Both the position numbers and the translations under genes were made by a program. 49,562 nt of DNA from Deinococcota bacterium. GTDB taxonomy: Bacteria; Deinococcota; Deinococci; Deinococcales; Thermaceae. The notes beneath the pieces are model-generated. The model was not told where the DNA came from and made no database searches. It saw nothing but the letters and a program-made list of their open reading frames with translations. The stretch spans positions 1 to 49,562 of the forward strand of contig JBGFRI010000022.1 in NCBI GenBank assembly GCA_041695225.1, written 5' to 3'. This document shows positions 18,553 through 28,255 of the stretch, one piece after another (within the stretch, counting starts at the first letter, position 1; each line of letters opens with the position of its first letter).

Positions 18553-19758
18553 GTGTTGATGCGCCTACTAATGCTTGCTGTGGTTGGGCTGGGGCTCGCC
18601 CTGGCCCAACGTCCTGTGGATGTTCCCTTCTGGCACACGGCCGGGCCACCCGGGCAGGAAGTGCTGGAAGACTTGATCAGAGAATTCAATGCCTCTCAGC
18701 GGGAATTCCGTATCGTGCCCAACTTCGTGGGTGACTACCGGGAGGGGGGGCTCCGACTGTTGGCTTCGCTGCGTGCAGGAGGCGCGCCGGCGCTTTTTCA
18801 TGCCGAACTCTCTTTTCTGGGCCGGATGGCGCAGGATGGTGTTGCGCTGCCCCTGGATGAATACCTGAGTAACCTGCCCAACGATTTCTATCCCGGCTTT
18901 CTGGAGGCCGGCAGGATACAGGGCCGCACCTTCGGCCTGCCTATAGGGCTGTCGGTCCCAGTGTTTTTCTACAATGCCGACCAGTTCGCTGCCAGGGGTT
19001 TGCGCGCACCCCGCACCTGGGATGATGTAGCCAGTGCGGCCCAGCGCCTGACCACCCGCGCAGCCAGGGGCTTTACTATTTCCAGCGACATATACAGCTT
19101 CAATGTGCAGGTGATGAGCCGGGGCGGGGCCATTGTCAATGCCCAGGGCCGGCCCGATTTTACCAACGCTAGAGCAGTAGAGAGCCTGGAATTCCTGCAA
19201 GGCCTGGTGCGTCGCAATATTGCCCAGAGCCGCAACATCGCCGAAGCGCAGTTCTCGGTAGCCGACTTTCTGCGCACCCGAACCTTTATGGGCATTGGCC
19301 CGATTACCATGTGGCCCCTGATTGAAAACCGCGCCCCTATCCCCTTCAGGCTTGGGGTTGCAGCAGTGCCGCGCACTGAGGACGGCAAGGTGCCGCTTTC
19401 GGGTGGCATTTTGGTCGTGTTGCGTGGAGCCAGCGAGCAGCAAACACGTGGGGCAGTGGCCTTCTGGCGCTTTGCTATGGAGCCGGCTAACATCGCCAGG
19501 TGGGTTCGCGCTACCTATTTCATGCCCATGCGACGGGCCGCCCAGCCGTTGTTGGAAGACTTCTACCGCGAAGATCCCCGTCGCCGGGTAGCTTTCAGCC
19601 AGGTCGAGAATGCCAGTGTTTGGATCCAGGACCCAGAGTTTACTATCTGGCACAGCTTTTTGGAGGATGCCCTCGAGCGTGTCCTGAAAGGCAATGCCAA
19701 CCCCCGGCAAGCCCTGGAAGAGGCCCAGCGCCGGGCCAACACTGTCGAGCGGCGGTAA
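18553..19758 (+). CDS. ABC transporter substrate-binding protein (UgpB-like)
   Basis: Signal peptide ending ALAQ, FWH, GLPIGLSVPVFFYN. GGAGG at 18542; start could be anywhere in 18547-18559. Confidence 0.9.
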   Translation: MLMRLLMLAVVGLGLALAQRPVDVPFWHTAGPPGQEVLEDLIREFNASQREFRIVPNFVGDYREGGLRLLASLRAGGAPALFHAELSFLGRMAQDGVALPLDEYLSNLPNDFYPGFLEAGRIQGRTFGLPIGLSVPVFFYNADQFAARGLRAPRTWDDVASAAQRLTTRAARGFTISSDIYSFNVQVMSRGGAIVNAQGRPDFTNARAVESLEFLQGLVRRNIAQSRNIAEAQFSVADFLRTRTFMGIGPITMWPLIENRAPIPFRLGVAAVPRTEDGKVPLSGGILVVLRGASEQQTRGAVAFWRFAMEPANIARWVRATYFMPMRRAAQPLLEDFYREDPRRRVAFSQVENASVWIQDPEFTIWHSFLEDALERVLKGNANPRQALEEAQRRANTVERR

Positions 19759-20013
19759 ATGTAAGGGTGTGGTAGATACCGTCCGCGGTCCAGGCCGGGG
19801 TGCTTGTATGCACACTGAGGGGTAGGATTCTCGATAGCTTCGGCTCACACTCTCCTGGCTCCTTCGAGCGCCGCTATCACCTTCACGATCTCGGGCTGGG
19901 ACGAGAATGGCCGGGAGATCGCACGCCCAGTAGATGTGTTGCTTCAGCATTGGCGATTTCGAGGGCGCTACTCTGCTGATGTCTTTGGAGAATGGCGTAC
20001 TGTGTGTGCGATG

Positions 20014-21204
20014 TTATGTGAGCATTAGTACGCTGACAGACGCATACAGCTTAGCCGCTGCTACCAGCTCCTCAATCTCGATATACTCGTTGACCTGATG
20101 GGGTATGGTTTTGCCCCCAGGCCCAATGGTCACAATCGGCAGCCCAGCCCAGGCCCACAGAAAGGTTCCGTCGGTTGCCCCCGGCACACCCCCGTATTTG
20201 ATGGGCATCTGTAGTAGCCGCAGGCTCTGCTCGACTGCCTGAACGAGCATGGCGTCGCGCGGGGTCTGGGTGGAGGGGCGGTCTTCGAAGACTTCCAGGG
20301 TCGCGCTTACTCCGGCCTCGAGGCTTACTTCCAGGGCCTGCCGTAGGCGGGCCAGTATGGCCTGGTGATCCTGGTCTGAGTTGGTGCGCAGGTCAATTCC
20401 CAGCTTTACCTGATCGGGAATCACATTGAACTGCCCCTCTCCGGCCGCAGCCTCAAAAACCGTCGGGGTCACCCAGGGTCTGCCCAGGTACTCATGAAAA
20501 CTCTCGGCCTGCAAAACCGCTTGTAGCTTGCCGAGTTCCACAGTAAATCTGGCTGCGGAGGGGATGGGATTGGCGCCGGCGTAGGACATGGCCCCGTGGG
20601 CCATCTTCCCCTGAAAATGTGCCCAGACCCGCATGGCGCCCTTTTGCCACAGGCACACCTGGTTTTCTTGGGGCTCGCAGATGATCGCCCCGGCGAAACC
20701 CTCGGCATAACCGGCTTTCACAAAAGCCTTAATGCCGAGCATCAGGCCCTCCTCGTCGCAGGGGATGCACAGCCGCAGGGTTTTGCGGGGCTGCCCCAGC
20801 ACCTGTTGTACAGCCCGCGCTGCCACAATTGCCGCCGCCAGCCCACCCTTCATGTCGCAGGCCCCGCGCCCGTAGATTCTGCCGTTCATAACCCGGCCTT
20901 CATAGGGGGAGATGGTCCACTGCTCCAGACGGCCGTGTGTTACTACATCGCTGTGACCCTCCAGAATTACTCCCCCCGGCCCCTGCCCCAGATCGGCGAC
21001 CAGGTTGGGGCGGCCGGGCGCAACCTCTTGCACCATGGTCTTGAAGCCATGTTCGCGCAGATAGGGCTCCAAAAAATCTACCACCGGCTGCTCGCCGGGG
21101 CCAGGATAATAGCTTTCAATACGAACCAGCTCCTGGGTCAGGCACACAAGCTCGGTGGTATCTACGGTCCGTGCCGCCTGAAGAGCGAGGGTGTGGTTGT
21201 CCAT
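20014..21204 (-). CDS. M20 family peptidase / ArgE-DapE-like deacylase
   Basis: EGHSDVV, GRGACDMKGG, DEE, ICEP, GATDG and PHQ motifs. TATCAT 6 nt before ATG 21204. Confidence 0.92.
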   Translation of the reverse strand: MDNHTLALQAARTVDTTELVCLTQELVRIESYYPGPGEQPVVDFLEPYLREHGFKTMVQEVAPGRPNLVADLGQGPGGVILEGHSDVVTHGRLEQWTISPYEGRVMNGRIYGRGACDMKGGLAAAIVAARAVQQVLGQPRKTLRLCIPCDEEGLMLGIKAFVKAGYAEGFAGAIICEPQENQVCLWQKGAMRVWAHFQGKMAHGAMSYAGANPIPSAARFTVELGKLQAVLQAESFHEYLGRPWVTPTVFEAAAGEGQFNVIPDQVKLGIDLRTNSDQDHQAILARLRQALEVSLEAGVSATLEVFEDRPSTQTPRDAMLVQAVEQSLRLLQMPIKYGGVPGATDGTFLWAWAGLPIVTIGPGGKTIPHQVNEYIEIEELVAAAKLYASVSVLMLT

Positions 21205-21467
21205 AACGCCATGATAGGAGGAGCAGGCCAGACCTGGTAAGACTAAAACCAACCCCGGGGGCAGGACGCCGGGCTAGGTGTGAAAGGCACAGCTTAGCTG
21301 CGCGAGCCCATCCCAAAGCAAGCTCTTTTTTGGCAGCGTGGTTTCACTACTCCTGGGCTTGCTTACCTTGCGGGCTTGCTTGAGCCGGGCTACGGAGCAA
21401 AGTGTCGCCGTGGGCAACAGCATCAATACCTGCTGTGTACGGTCATACGATAGGCTATGGACGAGAC

Positions 21468-23066
21468 ATGGATCGCTCTGCACAGCTCGATCAACTTGCT
21501 TCAGAAACTTTTGATCTACTGGTTATTGGTGGGGGGGCTAGCGGGGCTGGGGTGGCGCTCGAGGCGGCCAGCCGGGGGCTCAAGACCGCTCTGGTGGAGC
21601 GCTATGACTTTTCCGAGGGAACCTCGAGCCGCAGCACCAAGCTGATCCACGGCGGGGTACGCTATCTGGAAATTGCCATCAAAACCCTGGACCGAACCCA
21701 GCTAAACCTGGTGCGCGATGCACTTTATGAGCGGGCCATCATGCTCCAGAATGCGCCCCATCTGGCCCGCCCGCTCTGGCTCCTGACGCCGCTGTACAGG
21801 TTCTGGGAGGTGCCCTACTTTTACACTGGGCTAAAAATTTACGACCTGCTGGCTGGCAGCGCGCGCCTTAGGCCTGCCCAGTACATCAGTGCCAGGGGGA
21901 CCCTGGAGCGATTTCCCGCGGTAAATCCCGGCGGCCTTAAAGGTGCGGTGGCCTACCAGGATGGGCAGTTCGACGATGCCCGCTTCAATGTCGAACTGGC
22001 CCTCACCGCCGCACAGCATGGTGCGGTAGTTCTCAACTACGCCCAGGTGACGGGGTTGCTCAAGCAGAGGGGCCAGTTGTCGGGGGCTGCGATTAGAGAC
22101 CGCTTGGGCGGCAGGGAGATTGAGGTTGCTGCTAAGGCAGTGGTCAACACCACCGGTCCTTTTGCCGACCATATTCGACGCCTGGACGACCCCCACGCAC
22201 CCCCTCTGGTTACGGCCAGTTCGGGCATCCACGTTGTGCTGGACAGGAAATACAGCCCTCCCGAGACTGGCCTGCTGATCCCCAAAACCGAGGACGGGCG
22301 GGTGGTATTTGTGCTGCCCTGGCAGGGTGGAACCCTGGTGGGAACCACCGATGACCCGGCGCCAGTGGTGGATCATCCCGTGGTGACAGAGGAAGAGGTT
22401 GGCTATGTGTTGCGGCAGGTGAGGCCTTACCTGGGAGATATTCCGCGGGAGGCCGTGCGGGCAAGCTGGTCGGGACTGCGCCCCCTGGTTTCGCGTACCG
22501 CAGCCGACACCGCCAGACTGGCCCGTGATCACCTGATCCAGAAAAGCGCCTCGGGCTTGCTAACCCTGACCGGCGGCAAGTGGACCACCTACCGCAAGAT
22601 GGCCCTGGACTTGGTTAATTACGCCATCGGGCAGTTTGGCCTCGAGGCCAGCCCCTCGCGCACAGAGCAAATTCCGCTGCTGGGCGGGCAGGGGTTCGAG
22701 CCCGATGGGGCCAGAAAACTCGAGCAGCTCGGCTTTACCCCGGATGTTGCACAGCATCTTCACCAGGCCTATGGCGCCTGCGCCAGGGTAGTGGCCCAGA
22801 TAGCCGCCAACGGCTACGGGGCCAGGCTAGCGGCGCAGTGGCCGTATCTGGAGGCTGAAGTGATTTATGCAGTCCGGCACGAGATGGCCCAGACGCCCCT
22901 AGACGTGCTGGCCCGCCGCACCCGCCTGGCCTTTCTCGATACCCAGGCGGCGCTGGGTGCGGCATCCAGGGTTGCCCAACTGATGGGAGCTGAGCTGAGC
23001 TGGAGCGGCCAACAGGTGGCCCAAGAACAGGAGAAAGCCCGTTCTCAGATTCTGAGCGCCATTTAG
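21468..23066 (+). CDS. glpD: FAD-dependent glycerol-3-phosphate dehydrogenase
   Basis: IGGGASG, GTSSRSTKLIHGGVRYL, GTTD, SGLRPL and GGKWTTYRKMA motifs. Confidence 0.93.
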   Translation: MDRSAQLDQLASETFDLLVIGGGASGAGVALEAASRGLKTALVERYDFSEGTSSRSTKLIHGGVRYLEIAIKTLDRTQLNLVRDALYERAIMLQNAPHLARPLWLLTPLYRFWEVPYFYTGLKIYDLLAGSARLRPAQYISARGTLERFPAVNPGGLKGAVAYQDGQFDDARFNVELALTAAQHGAVVLNYAQVTGLLKQRGQLSGAAIRDRLGGREIEVAAKAVVNTTGPFADHIRRLDDPHAPPLVTASSGIHVVLDRKYSPPETGLLIPKTEDGRVVFVLPWQGGTLVGTTDDPAPVVDHPVVTEEEVGYVLRQVRPYLGDIPREAVRASWSGLRPLVSRTAADTARLARDHLIQKSASGLLTLTGGKWTTYRKMALDLVNYAIGQFGLEASPSRTEQIPLLGGQGFEPDGARKLEQLGFTPDVAQHLHQAYGACARVVAQIAANGYGARLAAQWPYLEAEVIYAVRHEMAQTPLDVLARRTRLAFLDTQAALGAASRVAQLMGAELSWSGQQVAQEQEKARSQILSAI

Positions 23067-23083
23067 AGGAGGGTAATGCCCCC

Positions 23084-23953
23084 CTACGAAGCATCGGGTG
23101 TGATCTGTTCGGGGCGGGGTTTGGCACTTTTGAGCTGGCTGATGAGGGTGGCTACCACAATTAGCCCTGCACCTATCAAGCCCTGCAAGCCCAGCCGCTC
23201 TCCCAGCCAGAAGTAGGCGAAAGTGGCAGCATAGACAGGCTCGAGGGCAAATAGCACCGCTGCTTGTGGAGCAGGAACCGAGCGCTGGCCCAGGGCTTGT
23301 AGCCATACGCATAGCGCCGAGGCCACCAGCCCCAGGTACAAGAGTTCGAGGAGAGGAAAGCTCGAGGCGCTCCAGTTGGGCTCTTCCCACAACATCCAGA
23401 CCAGCGAACCCAGCATGACCACCAGCATCTGGATACCGGTGAGCGGCAGGGTGGCAAAGCCTTGCGAAAACCGCTCCATGCGCCAGATATAAAGCGTATA
23501 GCATAGCGCCGTGCCCAGAGTCCACCAGTCGCCGTGGTTGGGTGGAGTGCCGTCGTTAGAAAGAAGACCAACGCCAACAATGGCCAGCCCTGCCGCTAGC
23601 CAGATGGGCCAGCCCAAACGCTGCCCGAGAATTCCCAGCAGCATCGGCAGGGCTACCACATAGAGGGTAGTGATAAAGGCGCTGCGGCTGGCGGTGGTGT
23701 ACTGCAGGCCCACGGTCTGGGTCAGATAGGCGATAAACAACAGCGAGCCGAGCTCGAGCCCAGCCCGCCACAGCCGGGGATTGCGCCCGAACAGGAACGG
23801 TACAAAAACCAGGGTAGCCAAGGCAAACCGCACAAAATTAATCTGCCCTGGCCCCAGAGTCTCTAGACTATCCTTTACCAGCACAAAGGTGCTGCCCCAA
23901 AACAAGGTAGCCAGGCTAAGATAGAGCAGTCCAAGAAAGTGATGCCTGGGCAC
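23084..23953 (-). CDS. EamA/DMT family transporter
   Basis: FWGSTF, RF, QTVGLQYTTASRSAFIT, LEPV, GERL. TAGACT 7 nt before GTG 23953. Confidence 0.9.
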   Translation of the reverse strand: MPRHHFLGLLYLSLATLFWGSTFVLVKDSLETLGPGQINFVRFALATLVFVPFLFGRNPRLWRAGLELGSLLFIAYLTQTVGLQYTTASRSAFITTLYVVALPMLLGILGQRLGWPIWLAAGLAIVGVGLLSNDGTPPNHGDWWTLGTALCYTLYIWRMERFSQGFATLPLTGIQMLVVMLGSLVWMLWEEPNWSASSFPLLELLYLGLVASALCVWLQALGQRSVPAPQAAVLFALEPVYAATFAYFWLGERLGLQGLIGAGLIVVATLISQLKSAKPRPEQITPDAS

Positions 23954-24041
23954 AAAGTGGAGTCTACGTGAAAAGCTGCTGGCAAATCCAGTCTGCGTTC
24001 CTAGTTCAATACACCTAACACTAATGATTCGATTGAGCCTG

Positions 24042-24060
24042 CCCTGAGCCTGTCGAAGGG
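24042..24060. repeat. REP-like 19-mer CCCTGAGCCTGTCGAAGGG
   Basis: Exact reverse complement of 395-413. Confidence 0.75.
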
Positions 24061-24281
24061 GGCCAGGTCTCATGGGGGCTCACGATGATACCCTGGTGCC
24101 AAGGCGATCTTGCGCGTGGTTCAAAACCGATTCGGGCTGCTGTTTTGAACCCTGTGCGTGAGGTGTAGCCTCTTCAGGCTCTGCCTTATCGGGCTCCGGG
24201 AGTCTTGCATCTACCAGAACCCCGACAGGCCGCCCTGGTGATGGTATCGCTAAGCCTGCGGGCGGCTATATAGTTATCGGG

Positions 24282-26330
24282 ATGAAAGGTCAGTATCCCC
24301 CTGCACCCACTGCCGTAGTAGTAGAAGAGTTACATGGCGTTCAGGTTGCCGACCGGTTTCGACCCCTTGAAGACCCCAACGCACCCCAGACCAGGGCCTG
24401 GATAGAGGCCCAGAACCAGCTTACCTTTAGCTTTTTGGAGCAGATTCCCATCCGGCAGAGGCTGCGTGAGCGCCTGACCGAGCTATGGGACTACCCCCGC
24501 ATCACCTCCTTTTTTAAGCGGGGAGGGCGCTACTTCAGCCTGCGTAACGATGGTTTGCAGAACCAGAATGTCTTGTGGGTACAAGAAGACCTGGATGGGG
24601 TCGCGCGAACCCTGCTCGACCCCAACGCGCTGAGTGAGGACGGAACGGTGGCCCTGGGCAATTTTTCTGTGAGTCGAGATGGGCAGTACCTGGCCTATGC
24701 TCTTAGCCAGAGCGGCTCGGACTGGCTAACCTGGAGAGTACTTGAAGTAGAGACCGGCCAGGACCTGCCCGACGAAATCGAGTGGAGCAAGTTTAGCGAC
24801 GCCGCCTGGCTGCCCGATAACAGCGGCTTTTTATACAGCCGCTACGAGGCACCTTCCGAGGGCGCCAGTTACACCGGGGCCAACTATTTTCAGAAAGTTT
24901 ATCTCCACAAGCTGGGCACGCCCCAGAGTCAGGATGTGCTCATTTACCAGCGGCCCGACCAGAAGGAGTGGGGCTTTGGGGCCTTTGTTACCCACGATGG
25001 GCGGTACCAGTGTTTGCATGTCTGGAAGGGCACCCATCGGGAAAATCTGTTCTTTTACCGCGAACATGGCTCAGATACGCCTTTTATAGAGCTTATCCCG
25101 GAGTTTGCGGCCTCCTTCGAGTTTATCCGTAACCAGGGCTCGAGGTTCTTTTTCAAGACCAACCTCGAGGCTCCCAGAGGCCGGGTGATTGTGGTGGATG
25201 TGGCCCACGGAGGTCTGCAAGGCTGTCAGACGGTGGTTCCGGAGCGCCCCGACGTGCTGGAGTTTGTCGAGCCGGCCGGAGAGTATCTGGTGCTGGGGTA
25301 TCTGCACCATGCCAGTCACCGGCTGAAGGTAGTTGACCTCGAGGGCAGCATCGTGGGCAGCCTACCCTTGCCGGGCCTGGGCGAGGTCTTTCCCGTAGCC
25401 GGGGAAGAGGGAGACCCGGAAGTTTTCTATGGGTTTACCTCTTTTCTTCACCCCATCACCATTTTTCACCACCATCTGCAAAGCCGGACCACCCAGACCC
25501 TCTTTGCCCCACCCATGAACTTCGACCCAAGTCGGTACGAGACCCACCAGGTTTTTGTGAGCAGCAAGGACGGCGCCCAGATACCGCTGTTTTTGGTTCA
25601 CCAAAAAGGACTAGAGCGGAATGGCCAGAACCCCACCCTGCTGTATGGCTATGGGGGGTTTAACATCCCCCTAACGCCCACTTTTAACCCTGGTCGTCTG
25701 GTCTGGCTGGAACAGGGTGGGGTGTTTGCCCAGGCCTGTCTGCGCGGTGGGGGTGAGTATGGCGAGGACTGGTATCGGGCGGGCACGCTAGAGCGCAAGC
25801 AGAATGTCTTCGACGATTTTATCGCCTGCGCCGAGTGGCTTATTGCGCAGGGCTATACCCAGCCCCGGCGGCTGGCCATTCAAGGCGGCTCTAATGGGGG
25901 CTTGCTGGTAGGGGCGGTCATGACCCAGCGGCCCGAGCTGTTTGGGGTGGCCCTGCCTGCGGTGGGGGTGCTGGATATGCTGCGTTTTCACCAGTTCACC
26001 ATCGGCTGGGCCTGGGTCTCGGACTATGGCTCTCCGGATAACCCCGAGCACTTTCAGCACCTGCTGGCCTATTCCCCACTGCACAACCTGAAACCTGGCA
26101 GGCATTATCCGGCCACCCTGATCACCACCGCCGACCACGACGACAGGGTGGTTCCGGCCCACTCCTTCAAGTTTGCTGCCGCCCTGCAAGCGGCCCAGGG
26201 TGGAGCGGCCCCTGTTCTGATCCGAGTCCAGACCAGGGCCGGGCACGGGCTGGGCAAACCTACGACCATGCTGATTGAAGAACAGGCCGACATTTACGCC
26301 TTTGCCCTAAGCCAGATGCAGCACATCTAA
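24282..26330 (+). CDS. Prolyl oligopeptidase (S9A)
   Basis: YGYGGF, RGGGEYG, GGSNGG (Ser), DHDDRV (Asp), AGHG (His). Confidence 0.95.
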   Translation: MKGQYPPAPTAVVVEELHGVQVADRFRPLEDPNAPQTRAWIEAQNQLTFSFLEQIPIRQRLRERLTELWDYPRITSFFKRGGRYFSLRNDGLQNQNVLWVQEDLDGVARTLLDPNALSEDGTVALGNFSVSRDGQYLAYALSQSGSDWLTWRVLEVETGQDLPDEIEWSKFSDAAWLPDNSGFLYSRYEAPSEGASYTGANYFQKVYLHKLGTPQSQDVLIYQRPDQKEWGFGAFVTHDGRYQCLHVWKGTHRENLFFYREHGSDTPFIELIPEFAASFEFIRNQGSRFFFKTNLEAPRGRVIVVDVAHGGLQGCQTVVPERPDVLEFVEPAGEYLVLGYLHHASHRLKVVDLEGSIVGSLPLPGLGEVFPVAGEEGDPEVFYGFTSFLHPITIFHHHLQSRTTQTLFAPPMNFDPSRYETHQVFVSSKDGAQIPLFLVHQKGLERNGQNPTLLYGYGGFNIPLTPTFNPGRLVWLEQGGVFAQACLRGGGEYGEDWYRAGTLERKQNVFDDFIACAEWLIAQGYTQPRRLAIQGGSNGGLLVGAVMTQRPELFGVALPAVGVLDMLRFHQFTIGWAWVSDYGSPDNPEHFQHLLAYSPLHNLKPGRHYPATLITTADHDDRVVPAHSFKFAAALQAAQGGAAPVLIRVQTRAGHGLGKPTTMLIEEQADIYAFALSQMQHI

Positions 26331-26433
26331 GGGCATTTTGCGGGTTGGGTCTGACAACACTACCCGGTAACCTGATAATAAATTATGAGCCGCATGGGGT
26401 ACGTGCCTGGAAAAACCGGATGCAGGAGGTGTT

Positions 26434-27306
26434 ATGTATCAAAAGATTCTGATTGCGGTGGATGAGTCTGACTGTAGTCGGCGTGCGGCACAGCTTGGGC
26501 TGGGGTTGGCGGGGCAGCTTGGCGCGAGGGTCAGCCTGGTGCATATACTGAATGGATCGCCAGCGTCCCCCTCCCAGTCGGCCAGTATTGGCCTGACAGG
26601 GGCCAGAGCCAGGGGCCAGGCTCTGCTCGAAGAATGGCAGGCCGAGGCCCGGCGCAGGGGGCTGGAAGCACAGACCCAGCTGCGCGAAATGACCAGGCCT
26701 GCCGAGGGAATTGTTGCCGCGGCCCAGCAGGAGAACTGTGACCTGATCGTGATGGGCACCCATGGCAGGGAGGGCCTTCCATACCTGCTGCTGGGCAGTG
26801 TGGCCGAGCGGGTTATCCGGCTGGCCCCGGTACCGGTTTTGCTGGTGCGCAGTGCCACAGCGGTATCCGAACCTCTGGAGTTCCGCCAGGTGCTGGTCCC
26901 GATTGACGGGAGTGAGCTGAGTAACCTGGCGCTGGACCAGGCCAAGAAACTGGTCGGTTACCTTGGCGCCAAATTGTTAGTGCTGCATGTGGAGCCCAGG
27001 GCCCTGCTGCTGGCCTTTGAAGTGCTGGAGCAACACCCCGAGGAGCAGGAAAAATACCGCCAGCAGACACGAAGCCTGCTCGGCGAGGCGGTAAAGGACT
27101 TTCCCGAGGCCGAGGCCATCTGGCGCGAGGCGGGTGTCGAGCGGATTGGCGATGTGATTGTCAGGGTAGCCCAAGAACGGGCGGTAGACCTGATTGTGAT
27201 GGGCACCCACGGGCGCACCGGCCTGGATCGCCTCTTGCTAGGCAGCGTGGCCGAGCGGGTGGCTCACCGGGCCAGTTGTGCGGTGTTGCTGGTGCGTCAA
27301 CCCTGA
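26434..27306 (+). CDS. Tandem-domain universal stress protein
   Basis: Two DLIVMGTHGR...LGSVAERV motifs; AGGAGG RBS. Confidence 0.95.
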   Translation: MYQKILIAVDESDCSRRAAQLGLGLAGQLGARVSLVHILNGSPASPSQSASIGLTGARARGQALLEEWQAEARRRGLEAQTQLREMTRPAEGIVAAAQQENCDLIVMGTHGREGLPYLLLGSVAERVIRLAPVPVLLVRSATAVSEPLEFRQVLVPIDGSELSNLALDQAKKLVGYLGAKLLVLHVEPRALLLAFEVLEQHPEEQEKYRQQTRSLLGEAVKDFPEAEAIWREAGVERIGDVIVRVAQERAVDLIVMGTHGRTGLDRLLLGSVAERVAHRASCAVLLVRQP

Positions 27307-27962
27307 GGCGGGGTTGGGGCCCTGGCAGCCTCGAGCAGGCTTAGCACCTCTTCGTCGGTGGTTTGCGGGAAACGCTCGTACCACAGCCCAACTGCCTGAA
27401 ATACCTCGGGGGTTTCCAGACAGACTACCTCGTCTACCATGGTCTGTAGCTCCGCCACGGTATCGGGTGGCGCCACCGGTACTGCCACCACCAGCCGCCC
27501 CGGCTGCTGGGCCTGGGCCGCAATAACCACGGCTTTCATGGTGGCCCCGGTGGCCAGCCCATCGTCTACCAGCAGGACGGTCTGGCCTTTTAGCCTGGGG
27601 AAGGGGCGTTGGCCGCGATAAAGCTGTTCGCGGCGTCTCAATTCTTCCAGTTCGCGGCTTTCGACCTGGGCGATGCTGGCCGCTGAGACTTTCAGGCCGT
27701 CCACAATATCCTGGTTGAGTACCCGCCCGCCGCCCGAGGCGATAGCCCCCATGGCCAGTTCCTCGTGTCCGGGAGTACCCAGCTTGCGTACGACCCAGAC
27801 ATCCAGAGGGGCCCTCAGGTGGTGGGCAACCTGAAAAGCAACCGGCACACCTCCCCTGGGCAGGCCGAATACCCACAGGCCGGTTTGCCGGTCGTAGCCC
27901 AGTTCGGCCAGCCGATGGGCCAGCAGGAGGCCGGCCTGGTTGCGGTCCTTAAAGCGTCTCAT
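27297..27962 (-). CDS. Phosphoribosyltransferase-family protein (Rv2030c N-terminal type)
   Basis: FKDRNQAG, LPRGGVPVA, VRKLG.PG.EELAMGA and LLVDDGLATGAT PRPP loop; AAGGA RBS. Confidence 0.9.
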   Translation of the reverse strand: MRRFKDRNQAGLLLAHRLAELGYDRQTGLWVFGLPRGGVPVAFQVAHHLRAPLDVWVVRKLGTPGHEELAMGAIASGGGRVLNQDIVDGLKVSAASIAQVESRELEELRRREQLYRGQRPFPRLKGQTVLLVDDGLATGATMKAVVIAAQAQQPGRLVVAVPVAPPDTVAELQTMVDEVVCLETPEVFQAVGLWYERFPQTTDEEVLSLLEAARAPTPPQG

Positions 27963-28203
27963 AAATTGTCCTTTCCTGGCAAAAGCCCACCCACTATCTG
28001 CCCACACATCTATCCTACCTGATGGGCTATTTTGGCAGGCCCACTGGGCTTGCAACCCAGCCGCTTTGCCAGGTAAACACTCGTATGACAGCCTGGCGAA
28101 CGACCACTGCTTAGTGTTAACCAATTTCACGCCGATTGCAGGCGTAGCGATATAGTGCCAATTCGCCCCAAGACGATTTTCTTAGCAAGAGAATTGCATT
28201 ATA

Positions 28204-28233
28204 CTTGACAATAACATACTCAGGTTTTATACT
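28204..28233 (+). promoter_or_regulatory. sigmaA promoter of hsp20 with overlapping HAIR-like operator
   Basis: TTGACA(28205)-17-TATACT(28228); CTTGACA-N7-ACTCAGG versus HAIR CTTGAGT-N7-ACTCAAG. Confidence 0.8.
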
Positions 28234-28255
28234 TTCTTTCGTAAAGGAGGCTGCT

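Noticed and set aside
18568..19950. 460-aa antisense ORF
   Set aside because: Shadow of the SBP gene; long antisense frames are common in GC-rich coding DNA and this one has no motifs.
23954..24073. N-terminal extension MRPGPLRQAQG... of EamA
   Set aside because: It is the translation of the REP 19-mer; the leaderless GTG at 23953 fits better.
24236..24262. Fluoride riboswitch-like GGTGATGG start
   Set aside because: The downstream conserved pseudoknot segment is missing and the next gene appears leaderless.
28135..28161. CIRCE element upstream of hsp20
   Set aside because: The left arm matches only 5/9 and it lies well upstream of the promoter; the HAIR-like site fits better.
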